NCBI GenBank assembly: GCA_963783575.1
Contig: CAWAOD010000014.1
Coordinates: forward strand, 32,001-96,000
Reading direction: 5' to 3'
Length of the DNA: 64,000 bases
Source of the DNA: an uncultured Spirochaetota bacterium
GTDB taxonomy: Bacteria > Spirochaetota > Brevinematia > Brevinematales > JAOACQ01
The notes under the pieces are model-generated. The model was not told where the DNA came from, did not search any database, and worked only from the letters and a program-made list of their open reading frames with translations. Below are positions 1 through 11,900 of this stretch, in pieces; the stretch's first letter is position 1, and the number at the start of each line of letters is the position of its first letter. Position numbers and translations under genes: made by a program.

Positions 1-1135
1 CGGCTTTAGTGTTCCAGCCTGCGAATGAATAACCTGGGTTGACCATTCCTCCATTATTCCCCAGTACCGTAACTGATAATCCTGGTATATAATTGTTGCC
101 GTCGGTCGGGGCGCTGCCGCCACTCCCGGTAGCAATATAAGTAACGGTATATGTCGGATTTTGGGTCCATACCGCGTAAAGGTTAACATTGGCCGAACCC
201 ATAGTGAATGTCGCCCCGCCGGCGTAGCCGGTTCCAGTCCCGTCGGCTTTTGTATTCCAGCCCGCGAATGAATAACCAGTTCTAACAAGACCGTTAATAT
301 TACCAAGCGAAGTGACTGTTGCTCCTGCAAGGTAATTGTTATTATCATTCGGTACTCCTCCACTTGTCGCTCCGTTTGCAATATAAATAACATTGTAGAC
401 GTGCTTTTGGGTCCATATAGCGTAAAACGTGATGCCAGACGAACCCATCGTGAATATTGACCCGCCTGTATAAGCGGTACCTGTGCCATCGGCTTTAGTA
501 TTCCAGCCGGCAAAGTAATAACCGGGATTAACCATACCACCGTTGTTGCCCAGCACGGTGACTGATGCCCCCTGTATGTAGTTGTTACCGTCGGTAGGTG
601 CGCTTCCACTAGTCCCGGTAGCGACATAAGTAACGGTATAAGTTGGATTTTGTGTCCAAACCGCGTATAGGTTAACATTGGCTGAACCCATTGTGAATGT
701 TGATCCTCCTGCAAAAGCGCTCCCTGTCCCGTCGGCTTTAGTATTCCAGCCGATGAACGTATAACCTGTTCTCACCAGGTTTCCTGCGTTATAGGAAATA
801 GTTACTGTCGCTCCCTGCAGGTAATTGTTGTTGTCTGACGGAACACTTCCACCGGTTGCTCCGTTTGCAATATAAATAACATTGTAGACATGCTTTTGAC
901 TCCATACCGCATAGAGGTTAACGTTGGCAGAACCCATAGTGAATATTGATCCGCCTGCAAAAGAGGTTCCAGTTCCGTCGGCTTTAGTATTCCAGCCCGC
1001 GAAATAATAACCCGGGTTGACCATTCCTCCATTATTCCCCAGCACCGTGACCGATGCCCCAAGTAAGTATTTGTTACCATCCGTCGGGGCGTTTCCGCCG
1101 GTCGCTCCGTTCGTGTAATATGTTACCGTGTAAGC
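1..1135 (-). repeat. Tandem intragenic repeats alternating 243/246 bp (81/82 aa)
   Basis: The GGCTTT anchor of WNTKADG recurs at 2, 245, 491, 734 and 980; alternate units resemble each other most. Confidence 0.85.
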
Positions 1136-2452
1136 GGAAATAATATAGCTGTTAGTGACGGTATCCGAATCATTATAGCCTGTTCGTACGGCCTTTGCCA
1201 TTACTGTTGTATTGGAAGAGATAAAGACGGTATTCGACTGGCTGGAATTCCAGGTGTTCCCGCTGTCTATAGACCAGAGAATCGCGGATCCGGCAGTAGG
1301 GCATGAAAACGACAGGTTGAAAGGAGCGGCATAACTGCCCCCGGGAACGCTGAAAATGGGGTTCGCTGTTTTTCCTGCTGTTGAATAAGCGTAAACGGCC
1401 ATGTGGGAAGTCGTCCAATTTGATATATATGCCCTTGCGCTGATGATGTTGGTTCCCGGTAGCGTGAATACTTCGTAATAAAGCGTTGAGAGCATATTAG
1501 GGGTCGAACCGTCCAGGGTATAATAAATACTCGCGCCGGACGAAGCGCAGTCGATAGAAATATATTTTCCGTTTATATTGTCGATCAACGTGAAGACCGG
1601 ATCACAGACCACTCCCGTAACAGTGAAAGACTGGGTTATGATAGCTGAATTTGTCAGGCCGCTTTTAATTGCTATAGCCTTTATGACCATCGTTCCCGCC
1701 GAAATAGGTATGGCTGCGGAATAAGCCTTGGAAGTTGCCGTTGGGGTGGATCCATTGGTAGTATAACGGACTGTGGCACCGGAAGTCTGGCTTTTCAGCT
1801 GTACGCTTATATTGGTATTGTAAAACCCAGCAACGGGGCTGAAACCCGGTTCTCCGGCATTCCCGGGTGAAGGCGCCGGCTGAAAATAATAAGTTGCCTT
1901 AATGACCCTGGAATCACCCATACCGCTTGTAACCGCAATCGCCTGGACTGTCACGGTTCCGTTCGAAAGAGCCAGGGTTCCCAGTACCGGTGAAGAAGCC
2001 GTAGGTATTGTGCCATTTGTAGTGTAGTGGATAACTGCTCCGGTGGTAGTGCTCTTTATCTGTATTGTCTTAGGAACGCTGTAAGTGCCCTCGACCGGGT
2101 TGAAGATCGGATCAACTGTATACTGCTGGGAGGAAAGCACCAAAGCTTTCATCTGGCTTAAACTTCCGGATATCGTACCTGTTTTTGCAAGCGTTTTGTT
2201 CGATAAGCTATCAGGCACAACGGGATATCCCCAGAAATAAACCTCGCCGACCCAGTTAGCTGAATCGTCTGCCCAGAACGGGCTGGTATTGGTATATACA
2301 TCTGTACTTGATGAAAAACCGCTCGAATCGACAGAGGGTGAATTCGGGGTACTATTGGGTGAATGATTAAAAAGCTGGCAGCTCGACAATATCACAAAGA
2401 TCGCACAGGTCAAAATTAAAGCGGTAAAAACAAAGGAAAATTTTAATTTCAT
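1..2452 (-). CDS. Large surface lipoprotein with chitobiase/Fn3-associated domains and InlB B-type (Listeria-Bacteroides) repeats; 3' end runs off the window
   Basis: Absent from the ORF track because there is no stop in the window. Manual translation from ATG 2452 (GGAGG RBS) gives MKLKFSFVFTALILTCAIFVILSSC (lipobox), about 4 domains of type P.F.P..G.Y...I.YTTNG..P, then repeats YTVTY..NGATGG..P...GYYFAGWNTKADGTG...NLYAVW. Confidence 0.85.
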   Translation of the reverse strand, partial: MKLKFSFVFTALILTCAIFVILSSCQLFNHSPNSTPNSPSVDSSGFSSSTDVYTNTSPFWADDSANWVGEVYFWGYPVVPDSLSNKTLAKTGTISGSLSQMKALVLSSQQYTVDPIFNPVEGTYSVPKTIQIKSTTTGAVIHYTTNGTIPTASSPVLGTLALSNGTVTVQAIAVTSGMGDSRVIKATYYFQPAPSPGNAGEPGFSPVAGFYNTNISVQLKSQTSGATVRYTTNGSTPTATSKAYSAAIPISAGTMVIKAIAIKSGLTNSAIITQSFTVTGVVCDPVFTLIDNINGKYISIDCASSGASIYYTLDGSTPNMLSTLYYEVFTLPGTNIISARAYISNWTTSHMAVYAYSTAGKTANPIFSVPGGSYAAPFNLSFSCPTAGSAILWSIDSGNTWNSSQSNTVFISSNTTVMAKAVRTGYNDSDTVTNSYIISAYTVTYYTNGATGGNAPTDGNKYLLGASVTVLGNNGGMVNPGYYFAGWNTKADGTGTSFAGGSIFTMGSANVNLYAVWSQKHVYNVIYIANGATGGSVPSDNNNYLQGATVTISYNAGNLVRTGYTFIGWNTKADGTGSAFAGGSTFTMGSANVNLYAVWTQNPTYTVTYVATGTSGSAPTDGNNYIQGASVTVLGNNGGMVNPGYYFAGWNTKADGTGTAYTGGSIFTMGSSGITFYAIWTQKHVYNVIYIANGATSGGVPNDNNNYLAGATVTSLGNINGLVRTGYSFAGWNTKADGTGTGYAGGATFTMGSANVNLYAVWTQNPTYTVTYIATGSGGSAPTDGNNYIPGLSVTVLGNNGGMVNPGYSFAGWNTKA

Positions 2453-2633
2453 AAACAATCCTCCCGATAATTTTTATTATGGAAAAGTTATAAAACAATA
2501 TTTATTTTTTGTCAAAAATTTAATTGATAATCATTTCATAATTCTTAACCCCAACCAATAAAAAGACTTCAAAAGAATTTTACTGGTGCGGTCTGGTATT
2601 AAAACTGTATATGCTGTAATTAGCGGAAATGGT

Positions 2634-2688
2634 GATTTTTGTTGTTATTGAACAGGTTATATTGAAGTCCATGGATTTTTGTTGTTAT
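2634..2688. promoter_or_regulatory. 15-bp direct repeat, possible regulator binding sites between divergent genes
   Basis: GATTTTTGTTGTTAT at 2634 and 2674 (40-bp spacing). Confidence 0.4.
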
Positions 2689-2800
2689 CAATGTATTCCT
2701 TCTAGAAATATCAGAATAATTTTGCAATTTTTATGACTCTCTAATATCCTATTCTTGGTTGGAATTATAGAAATTCATATCAATAATAATAGGAGGCGCT

Positions 2801-4060
2801 GTGACCAACGGCGAAGTAAAATTATATCCCTCTAGATGGGTTGCTCTTATCGCTTTCATGTTGATCAATGTAATGGTACAGATCCTCTGGATCTGCTATG
2901 CACCTGTGGCATCCCTGGCCGCGCATGCTTACGGAGTCAAGCGTGAAGATATCGATCTTCTCGCCAACCTGTTCATGATCATCTATCTGCCCGTGGCGAT
3001 CCCGGCTGCATGGGCCATCGACCATTTCGGCTTTAAAAAAGCGGTCGGATTCGGCGCAGCCCTCATGGCTGTTTTCGGCCTGCTCCGCGCCTTTTTCCCG
3101 ACCAATTATTCGATGGCGCTAATCAGCGCAATCGGTATATCCATCGGACAGCCATTCCTGTTGAACGCATTCACAAAAATGGCCACACTCTGGTTTCCCC
3201 AGAAACAGCGTGCCACGATAACCGGGCTTCTTTTCTTATCCCTGTTCCTCGGCATCGGACTGGGAGAAACATTGAGTCCGACATTGGTTCAAAATTTTAA
3301 ATTTCAAGGTATGCAGATGATCTATGGCGTGACAACTTTGATAATGGTAATTATTTTTCTGTTTTTTACTAAATCGAAGCCGCTTACTGCTGCCAGTCCT
3401 CCAGGAGAAGAGGTCCGTGCTCTTGTATTCGACGGATTAAAACAGATGTTGAAACAGAAGGACGTCTATTTTCTTTGCCTCGCTCTTTTTATCTGTAGCG
3501 GGATTGTCAATGGCGTTTTCACACTGATTGATGGCATTGGATCAGAGAAAATACTAACAACCCAACAGAGCGTCACCTTAACTGCTGTTCTGCTCATCGG
3601 CGGCATTGTCGGGAGCATTGTTTTGCCGGCCATTTCCGATGCTATCCGGAGGCGCAAACCTATCATTGTTACTGGAGTCTTGTTGTCTTTTCCGGCCACA
3701 ATCGCGTTGGTATTGTCCAAAGGCTTTTATCCGGAGATTTTTATTTTCTTTATTTTGGGATTCTGCGTTACAGGCTTAACTCCCGTAGCTTACCAATATG
3801 GAGCTGAGATCACGCATCCTGCTCCTGAGGGTACCAGTAATGGAATCTTCGCATTGATCGTTCAGGCATCCGGATTCCTTATCGTCCTGATGGACGGCCT
3901 GAAATCATCGTTTCACAACTCTTATCTGCCATCACTGTTCGGACTTGCGGTCCTTGCAGGTATCAGCGGGATCATCCTTCTATTCATCCGCGAATCACCG
4001 GAGATGCGCAGAAGGCAGGCTGCTCATAAGGTAAAAGTATTGAGTCCGTCCGAAAAGTGA
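2801..4060 (+). CDS. MFS transporter
   Basis: 419 aa, about 12 hydrophobic segments, motif-A-like AIDHFGFKK and ISDAIRRRK, AGGAGG RBS. Confidence 0.9.
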   Translation: MTNGEVKLYPSRWVALIAFMLINVMVQILWICYAPVASLAAHAYGVKREDIDLLANLFMIIYLPVAIPAAWAIDHFGFKKAVGFGAALMAVFGLLRAFFPTNYSMALISAIGISIGQPFLLNAFTKMATLWFPQKQRATITGLLFLSLFLGIGLGETLSPTLVQNFKFQGMQMIYGVTTLIMVIIFLFFTKSKPLTAASPPGEEVRALVFDGLKQMLKQKDVYFLCLALFICSGIVNGVFTLIDGIGSEKILTTQQSVTLTAVLLIGGIVGSIVLPAISDAIRRRKPIIVTGVLLSFPATIALVLSKGFYPEIFIFFILGFCVTGLTPVAYQYGAEITHPAPEGTSNGIFALIVQASGFLIVLMDGLKSSFHNSYLPSLFGLAVLAGISGIILLFIRESPEMRRRQAAHKVKVLSPSEK

Positions 4061-4125
4061 AATATTCGATCACATTACAATGTGCTCTTCCTAATTTTTA
4101 AATTTAAGCTTTTAAAATAAACATC

Positions 4126-4146
4126 CCCGAGGCATAGCCTCGGGGA
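4126..4146. repeat. GC-rich palindrome (REP-like element or terminator)
   Basis: CCCCGAGGC-ATA-GCCTCGGGG perfect 9-bp stem between convergent genes. Confidence 0.5.
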
Positions 4147-4516
4147 ATTAAAACCGTAGAGATTAAAATATTTTTAAGTTATATTTATGTACTTTTAGTG
4201 CAAAGTATTTAGTGTGGAAGTTGAGCCTAGAATAACTTTTAAAATAGCAGTTCCAGCTTTTACCTCTTATCCTGATTCAAATTAAAATCAGATAGGCAGT
4301 TTATTCAGTCAGTTGAGTATTTTGAAAAAAGTATGTGGATTCTTTTTAGTGATATTGATGAAGAAATTTAGTTAATAATAAAACTAAACATTGCGAACAA
4401 GAACTTATTCTTAAAGAAGTGCATCACGGTATAAAAACAATATGAAAACTATTAACAGCTTTCATAGATTTTCATGCTAAATCATTAAATGAGCCTTTTG
4501 CTATCGAGGCATTTCA

Positions 4517-4801
4517 TTATTCTAAATTTTCTATATAATGTTTAATTTGAGCATACGACCAGTGCAGTTGATCAATTAAATACAGTATAATCGGAATAGC
4601 TTCATCATTAACCCCAAAAATTTCTTTTAAATCTTTAATAAGCAATATTCTTGAGATATCTTCACTGTCTAAAAGTGCTTTTTTGATATCAACAGGGAGA
4701 ATCCACTCTCTTTCAATGCAATTAATTATGAAAATTTCATTAACTTCATATTGTTCGATAATTTCTTTAATCTCAAATATCTTTTTACTTTCCATATTCA
4801 T
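4517..4801 (-). CDS. cbpM: Chaperone modulator CbpM-like (MerR-type HTH)
   Basis: 94 aa directly downstream of the DnaJ-class gene; LKEIFGVNDEAIPIILYLIDQL motif. Confidence 0.75.
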   Translation of the reverse strand: MNMESKKIFEIKEIIEQYEVNEIFIINCIEREWILPVDIKKALLDSEDISRILLIKDLKEIFGVNDEAIPIILYLIDQLHWSYAQIKHYIENLE

Positions 4802-4811
4802 CTCTCCTGGT

Positions 4812-5708
4812 TTACACTATTTTTCTAGGATTATATGGATGTTTTCTGCTCCAGTTTTTTATAAATTCATTGAATTCAGTATCGGTTTTTTCCGGCAGCG
4901 ATACCTTGATAATAACTATCTGGTCACCCCGGATTTTACTCATTACTTTAAGCATTCCTTTGCCCTTTACGCGGAATTTTGCCCCGGTATTCGTACCCGG
5001 AGGGATAATAATTGTGACTGAACCGTCAATTGTTGGAACCATAATTTTTGAGCCATTGACTGCCTCGTCAAGGCTTAACGAAATTTCGATTTCAAGATTA
5101 CTTCCGTTTATTTTGAAGATTTCGGAGGGCCTGATTGATATCTCGATATAAGCATCTCCCGGTTTGCCAGTGCCAATTCCCGGCCCGCCCCGGTCTTTAA
5201 TCCGCAATTTGTCTTTATCATGAATACCGGCTGGTATTTTAATCTTTAATTTATTACCATCAGACAAAATGATTTCTTTCTCACCTCCAATTATGGCATC
5301 CTTCAGGTCTATCATTAAACTATAGAGGTGATCCTGTCCGGGTAAATTCATATTACCGGCATTCCCTTTATAATTTGAGAAAAATGACTTAAAAAGTTCC
5401 TCCGTATCTGCATCAAAATGATTTGCATAGCGTCCTTTACCATTCTGAAAATTACTGTAAAATGGCCTTCCGCTGTCCGAAGCTTCAGTGAACTGCTCAT
5501 CATATAAACCTTTCTCGAATTTTTCACGTGCTTCTTTATTCTCAATTAATTTATATGCAAAGTTAAGCTCTTTAAATTTTGCTTCCCCTTCATTCTTATT
5601 GGGATTTAAGTCGGGATGATACTTTTTTGCGAGTATTCTATATACCTTTTTTATTTCTTCATCTGATGCATTTTTTGATACACCAAGAACTTCATATGGA
5701 TCTTTCAT
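4812..5708 (-). CDS. cbpA: DnaJ-class chaperone CbpA (J domain + DnaJ_C, no zinc finger)
   Basis: [10 protein letters not shown]...KYHPDLN (HPD motif), C-terminal DnaJ_C; start placed at ATG 5708 after GGAG. Confidence 0.85.
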   Translation of the reverse strand: MKDPYEVLGVSKNASDEEIKKVYRILAKKYHPDLNPNKNEGEAKFKELNFAYKLIENKEAREKFEKGLYDEQFTEASDSGRPFYSNFQNGKGRYANHFDADTEELFKSFFSNYKGNAGNMNLPGQDHLYSLMIDLKDAIIGGEKEIILSDGNKLKIKIPAGIHDKDKLRIKDRGGPGIGTGKPGDAYIEISIRPSEIFKINGSNLEIEISLSLDEAVNGSKIMVPTIDGSVTIIIPPGTNTGAKFRVKGKGMLKVMSKIRGDQIVIIKVSLPEKTDTEFNEFIKNWSRKHPYNPRKIV

Positions 5709-5992
5709 AGTTGCTCCATTAAATAGTTTTCCTAAACCTTTTTTTACAATCAACTTTTCTTTAAAGTTTTTAAGCTGGTTTTAATGCCTAATAGGAAATT
5801 ACTAATAGTAAAATTTCCCGTCCGGTTAAATTGTACTTAGGGAAGGAAAATACCGTAAATTTCACCTTGACTGAAAAAATATAATAAAAATAATAAAAAA
5901 TTTCAAGTACAATTAATAAATAATGAATCCTCAAAACCAAAAGATACCGGCAATTCTTTAAATACTTCAACTTGATATAGTATATACAAGTT

Positions 5993-8900
5993 TTACCTAT
6001 CTCCAATTATGATTTCTATATAATGTTCATTATGGTCATCATTTAACATTACACTCCGGTCTTCCTGTTCCACACCATCCTCAATAACACGAATCCCTTT
6101 GCCTGGATTTATTTGATGAAATGTCAGATGGTATACTGTTTCCCTAAAACGGTAATGAACTTTGAATTGTAACCATTCGGCAGGCAAACATGGCTTAAAT
6201 GACAATTTATTCACCTTCAGATCAAACCCAAGAACAGATTCAATAATTAATCTGTACATCCATGAGGCAGAACCGGTATACCAGGTCCAGCCTCCCTGTC
6301 CGATATGGGGCTTTGCACTATAAATATCCGCAGCCATAACAAAGGGCTCTACCCGGTAAATTCCGATCTTCTCCTGAGTTGAACCATGATTGACCGGATT
6401 GATCATTGAAAGCAATTCCTTTACTTTTTGTGTTTCTCCCATCCTTGCGAAAGCCATGACGGCCCATATAGCCGCATGAGTATATTGTCCGCCGTTTTCT
6501 CTGACGCCTGGAACATATCCCTTGATATATCCCGGTTCCTGGTTCGACTTATCAAATGGAGGGTCAAGCAGCAGAATCAGATCCTTTTCCGGATGAATCA
6601 ACCTGTCTTCAAGTGACCGCATAGCCTGTTTTGCTTTTTCGGGAGGCGCTATTCCCGACAGGACAGACCAGCTTTGTGCTATAGAGTCGATCTGGCATTC
6701 CTGATTTTGAATGGAACCCAGAGGAGTACCATCATCAAAAAAAGCCCTGCGGTACCATTCTCCATCCCAGAGATGGGTCTCGATATTCTGTTTTAAGTGT
6801 TCCTCTTCTAAAGCGCACTCTGCGGCAAAAGGCTTATCACTATTTATCCGGGCCAACGGAACGAATTGTTCCAGGACATAACAGAGGAAGAATGCCAGCC
6901 AGCCGCTCTCACCTTTACCTTTCGACCCTACCAGATTCATTCCGTCATTCCAGTCTCCGCTGCCCATCAAAGGCAGGCCATGCGGGCCATTCCGAAAAGC
7001 ATGCCGAATAGCCCTCTTGCAATGTTCATATAACGGAGCCTTCTCTTCAGACCTTACAGGAAGATCATAATAAGAATCTTCACCGGGGTTGAGAAGACGG
7101 CCTTCAAGGAATGGAATGGGTTCATCAAGAACTCCTGTATCTCCTGTCCGGACAACATAAGTACTGACAGCCAAGGGGAGCCAGAGATAATCATCTGATA
7201 TCAGTGTGCGTATGCCGCGTCCCTGAGGCGGATGCCACCAGTGCTGTACATCTCCCTCCAGGAATTGCCTGGAAGCGCAAAGCAGCAGGTGTTCCCGGAT
7301 AATACCGGGTTCGGCATAAACCAGGGCCATTACATCCTGCAGCTGATCCCTGAAACCGAAAGCTCCGCCGGACTGATAAAAGCCGCTTCAGCCCAGAGGC
7401 GCGCCGCCATAGTTTGATAAACCAGCCATCCGTTTGTTATCATATTCAAAGCCGGGTCGGGGGTTTCAACATTAATTGCACCCAGGGTATGATTCCAATA
7501 TTCCCAGACCATATCCCGGGCCTGGTATGCGGGCAGCGAACCGCGGAATTTCATTACAAGATTCCGTGCATCTTCAATATCCTTGCCGACTCCGAGAATG
7601 AATACAATCTCTTTTTCCTGTCCCGGCTCCAGCTCAAAAAACGCCTGTATTGACGCTGCGGGATCAGGCCGCTTCCGATTCTGCCTGAAAGCCTGACCCG
7701 GTGCATTGCCGCCGGGTCAGCCAGTGTACCGTTACGTCCTATAAATTCTGTTCTATCGCATGTAATACTGCGCCTGGCTTCATTTACTTCCAGAAATACT
7801 ACCCGGCCTGAGAATTCTGCATTATAGGGATTAACCGCAAAGATAGCCCCGGTCATGGGATCCATCTCTGTTCTGATATGCATCTGGTTATTGGACCTGT
7901 TTTCTCCCAGTACCAATTCCAGAAATGCAGTTGCCGATAACCTGCGTGTGATATTGGAGTCATTGCGTATCTTTAAAAGCCAGAATTTGACCGGCGCCTC
8001 CACATCAACATATATCCACAATTCCGACTTCAGGTCATAGACCGAGTATTCAAAAACACTGTATCCAAACCCGTGACGGTTAAGATAATCGTTTGATCCA
8101 GGGGCTGGCAGTGGTGTTGGAGACCAGAATCGTCCAGAGTTCTCATCCCTCAGGTACAATGCCTCTCCGCTGATGTCGCTAACCGGATCGTTATACCAGG
8201 GTGTAAGTCTGTACTCATGAGCATTTTCGAACCATGTATATCCTCCGCTTTGCGAAATCACAGAACCGAAATTCCTGTTTGCTATTATATTAACCCAGGG
8301 CATTGGGGTAGGTAAGCCGGGTTTGATCTGGATGATATATTCCCTGCCGTCATGGGTAAAACCGCCCCAGCCGTTAAAAAAGAGCAGATTTTCCTGTTTG
8401 AAGTTTTCTACACCTGATGAAACCCTTTCTTCACGGTTAACAACTAGTTTAGGAACATTTATCTCATTATGGATGGCATGCTGTATCTGATCCGCCAGTG
8501 TACCGCCGCTGTCGGTGAATATAACGCGTGCGGCCGTCTGCATCAAGATACGGTCTTCCTCCGCCATTTGCTCCGAGTGGCGAAGGAATATACCACCCGG
8601 TCTGTCAAAGGTTGAGGCTTCAGGCCCTGCGGAAATAAGACCGACAATCAGGTCATTGAGAGTTTGTCTATAGCCGGACCAGTCTTCATTCCATATAACC
8701 AGATCGGCTTTTAACCCCTTCAAGCGCCAGTATGCATGGGCCTGCAAAAGTTTGGCAGCCAGTTCGATCTTTGACTGATCACCAATCCGCAGCAGTACAA
8801 TGGGTAAATCCCCGGAAATACCGTAAGCCCACAAACCGGATTGGCCTCTTTTGTTTTTCATCATAATGGCAGGGTTAACCCTGTGGTTCGGATTGGTATA

Positions 8901-11900
8901 AAGAATTGAGCCGGCCAGACTGCTATATAATTGGGCATCGGCTTCTGTTATGTTCAATTGCAGAAGTGCTACTTTTCCATGTACCTGTGCCAGATCAAAA
9001 ACTCTGTCCGCAAGGCGGCGGTCCCTATATTTTTCAATCAACACCAGAGCCTCTTCACGTGTCTCAGCCATACCCGTGATAAATCCTGCTGTAATTGTTT
9101 CCCCCGGATTAAGGATCTGCTTGCAGCGTATGGAGACTATTGGATCCAGTACCGGTCCGGCTGTTCCGGAAAGAGGCCCGGCTTCTATAAAGGCCAGGGG
9201 ATTGTTGGCAGTCCGGCATCGTCCGATAAAGTTCAACCGATCTGTTTCAAAGGAAACTTCAGACGGAACATGTTCATTAATAACGAGAAGATGAAACATC
9301 CATGGCGGTTTTTCTTCCGGAGACCTGGGTCTTCGGCTGCAAAGAATTGCATAATAATCCTGAATGATCTCCGTTTGAACGAATAAATTGGAGAAAGCAG
9401 GATGAGCGGTTTCCTCAGATGGCTTGATTAAGACTACCTCAGCATAACTGGTTATTTCGATTGTTCGCGGTTTTACTGTAAAATTGCTCAGGCTGATACG
9501 CCTGTGTTCAATATCGTCTTCCGGCGAAACAGCAATTTCTGTGTAGGTATCTATACCCTGGTCCCTGCGCCGGAATTCAGCACGGGATTGTAAAAAGATG
9601 ACCTCGTAATTCTTCGGTTCAGTGAGTGCAGGCTGATATGCCGATGACCAAAGGTTTTCACCGGAGATATCATTGATGTAAATGAATGATCCGTAATGAT
9701 CTCTTGTTTGATCTTCGCTCCAGCGTGTGACTGAAAGATCGCGCCATCGGCTGTAACCGCCTCCTGCATTAGTTATCATTACATGATAATGCCCGTTGGA
9801 GAGCAGATGGACTTCAGGATATGGCGTAAATGGCGTATTAAAAATGCGGAGTAAATCTTCCTGTCCCGGAGATTCAGTTCGCGTTCTGTAGTGTTCCGAT
9901 GGCTGCAGAAGAAACGGGGCGACTTTCGGAACCCTTTCCTGAAGTAAAAGAACTGTGTTTTGAAATAGTGGATCGGATTTAAACCGTTTTATCATCAGAT
10001 TATCCGTAAAATAATTTACCAGGGAAAGAAAACTCATACCCTGGTGATGCGCCATGAATGACCGGATCAGGGCCTGGGGTTCTTCAGGAGACAACCGGCC
10101 CGGTGTGTAATCAATCGCCTCATAAAAACCATACCTGCCTTCGAATCCGTTTACTGTCAGCTTTTGCATATTGGAACAGGCTTCATCGGGTCTAATTAAC
10201 AAGGCCAGCGCTGAAGCATATGGCGCAATAACCAGGTCATTTTCCAATCCGCGTTTGAAACCCAGGCCAGGTACGCCAAAAGACCTGTATTGAAAGTTTA
10301 AGCCTGCATCTGTCATGTTTTCAGCAGATTCCGAAATACCCCATGGTACCCCCTGCATTCTGCCATAAACAATCTGGTAATCCACAATAGCCCGGCAGGT
10401 TTGACCAAGCAGAGTATTTTCAAATCCCGGCATGATCAGCTGCGGCATAAGGTATTCAAACATAGAACCGCCCCAGGAGAGAAGTATTGTTTTGCCTTTC
10501 CAGATTGTGACCAGGCGGCCCAGGGAAAACCAGTGTTCCACAGGCAGTTTGCCCTGAGCAATCCCGATGAAACTGGACAGTCTTGACTCGGACGCGAGTA
10601 GATCATAAAAACTGTCATCCCGTCTATGTTTGCTGACATCATAACCGATACTCAGCAAATTTCGTGAAGGGTCATATAGAAAATCATAGTCCTGGTCTGC
10701 CAGATTTTGACATTGTGCAGCCATCTTTTCCAGTTGTTTGATACGTTCCTGGGCCCTGTGGCTTCCCTGCCTTATCTGATATTCCAGTTTAAGAAGCGTG
10801 CCGGACTCCGCTGAGCCTGTCGAAGTGCCTGCCCCATATAATTCCTCACAGTCTTGCGATGATTTCTTTTCCAGCCCTTCTCCAAAAGACGGGTTAAAAT
10901 TTTTAATTTCTTTTTCAATAGAAGGCAGAAGTTCATTCAATTTCGCGATTTGAATCAATGATTGATTGATGTCTAGCTTCCGCAAACTCTTCAAACCGGT
11001 TCCCTCTCCATAATCGCCCATTGCCAGCCAGGGAGCCAGGAAAATCAAATCTTCCTGCTGACCGGCGCATTGACCCTCAACTGCCTGGAACCACCAATCC
11101 GATTCGGGACTGCTTTTATCTTTTGCCAGGACGTGCAGTTCATGTATTTGAATAATGATATCGTTTAAATATTTTAAGGTTTTGGAAAGCCCTGCCGGGC
11201 GCTGTTCAAGTTCCAGAATGTTTTCCATAAAATGATCCAGATGTTCCGCCAGAACAGACTTTTTGTTCAGGATTTTATCCGGTACAGGAATAAGCAGGTC
11301 ATAAAGTACATACATCGCATCGATTAATCCACTGAAAAATCGCTTTTGAAAGATTGGTTTATCTTTAAGTTCAAGCAGTCCGGACCTCAGGGTCAGTAAA
11401 TATCCCACGAGATTACCGCTGTCCACGGTAGAAATATACTGCGGTGGCAAAGGCTGAAGGCTTCGCGTATCGTACCAGTTAAAAAAATGTCCGTGGAATC
11501 TGGACATTCCTTCCATAGTCCTGAATGTTTTTTTGGTTTTATCGATAAATTGACCGGCTGACAGGTAACCAAGATCATAAGCGCCCATATTCGACAAAAG
11601 CATCAAACCGATATTAGTGGGGGAAGTCCTGTGCGCTGATATTTCCCTGGGTTCTTCCTGGTAATTATCAACCGGGAGCCAGTTTTCCCCGGGACCTGCG
11701 AAAGTTTCAAAATATCTCCAGGTTTTACGGCTAATTTTCCGCAGGAATCCAGTCTGCTTAACTGTCAAACTTACTTTTCGCCGGGGCATAGGTCTGCTGA
11801 TCCACCATGTTAGAATGGGGGAAAAAAACCAAAGCCCGGTCAAAACCCATGCATTCAGTATTCCTGTTTGTTTTTGTATGAAAAAAACGAAGCCCAATAA

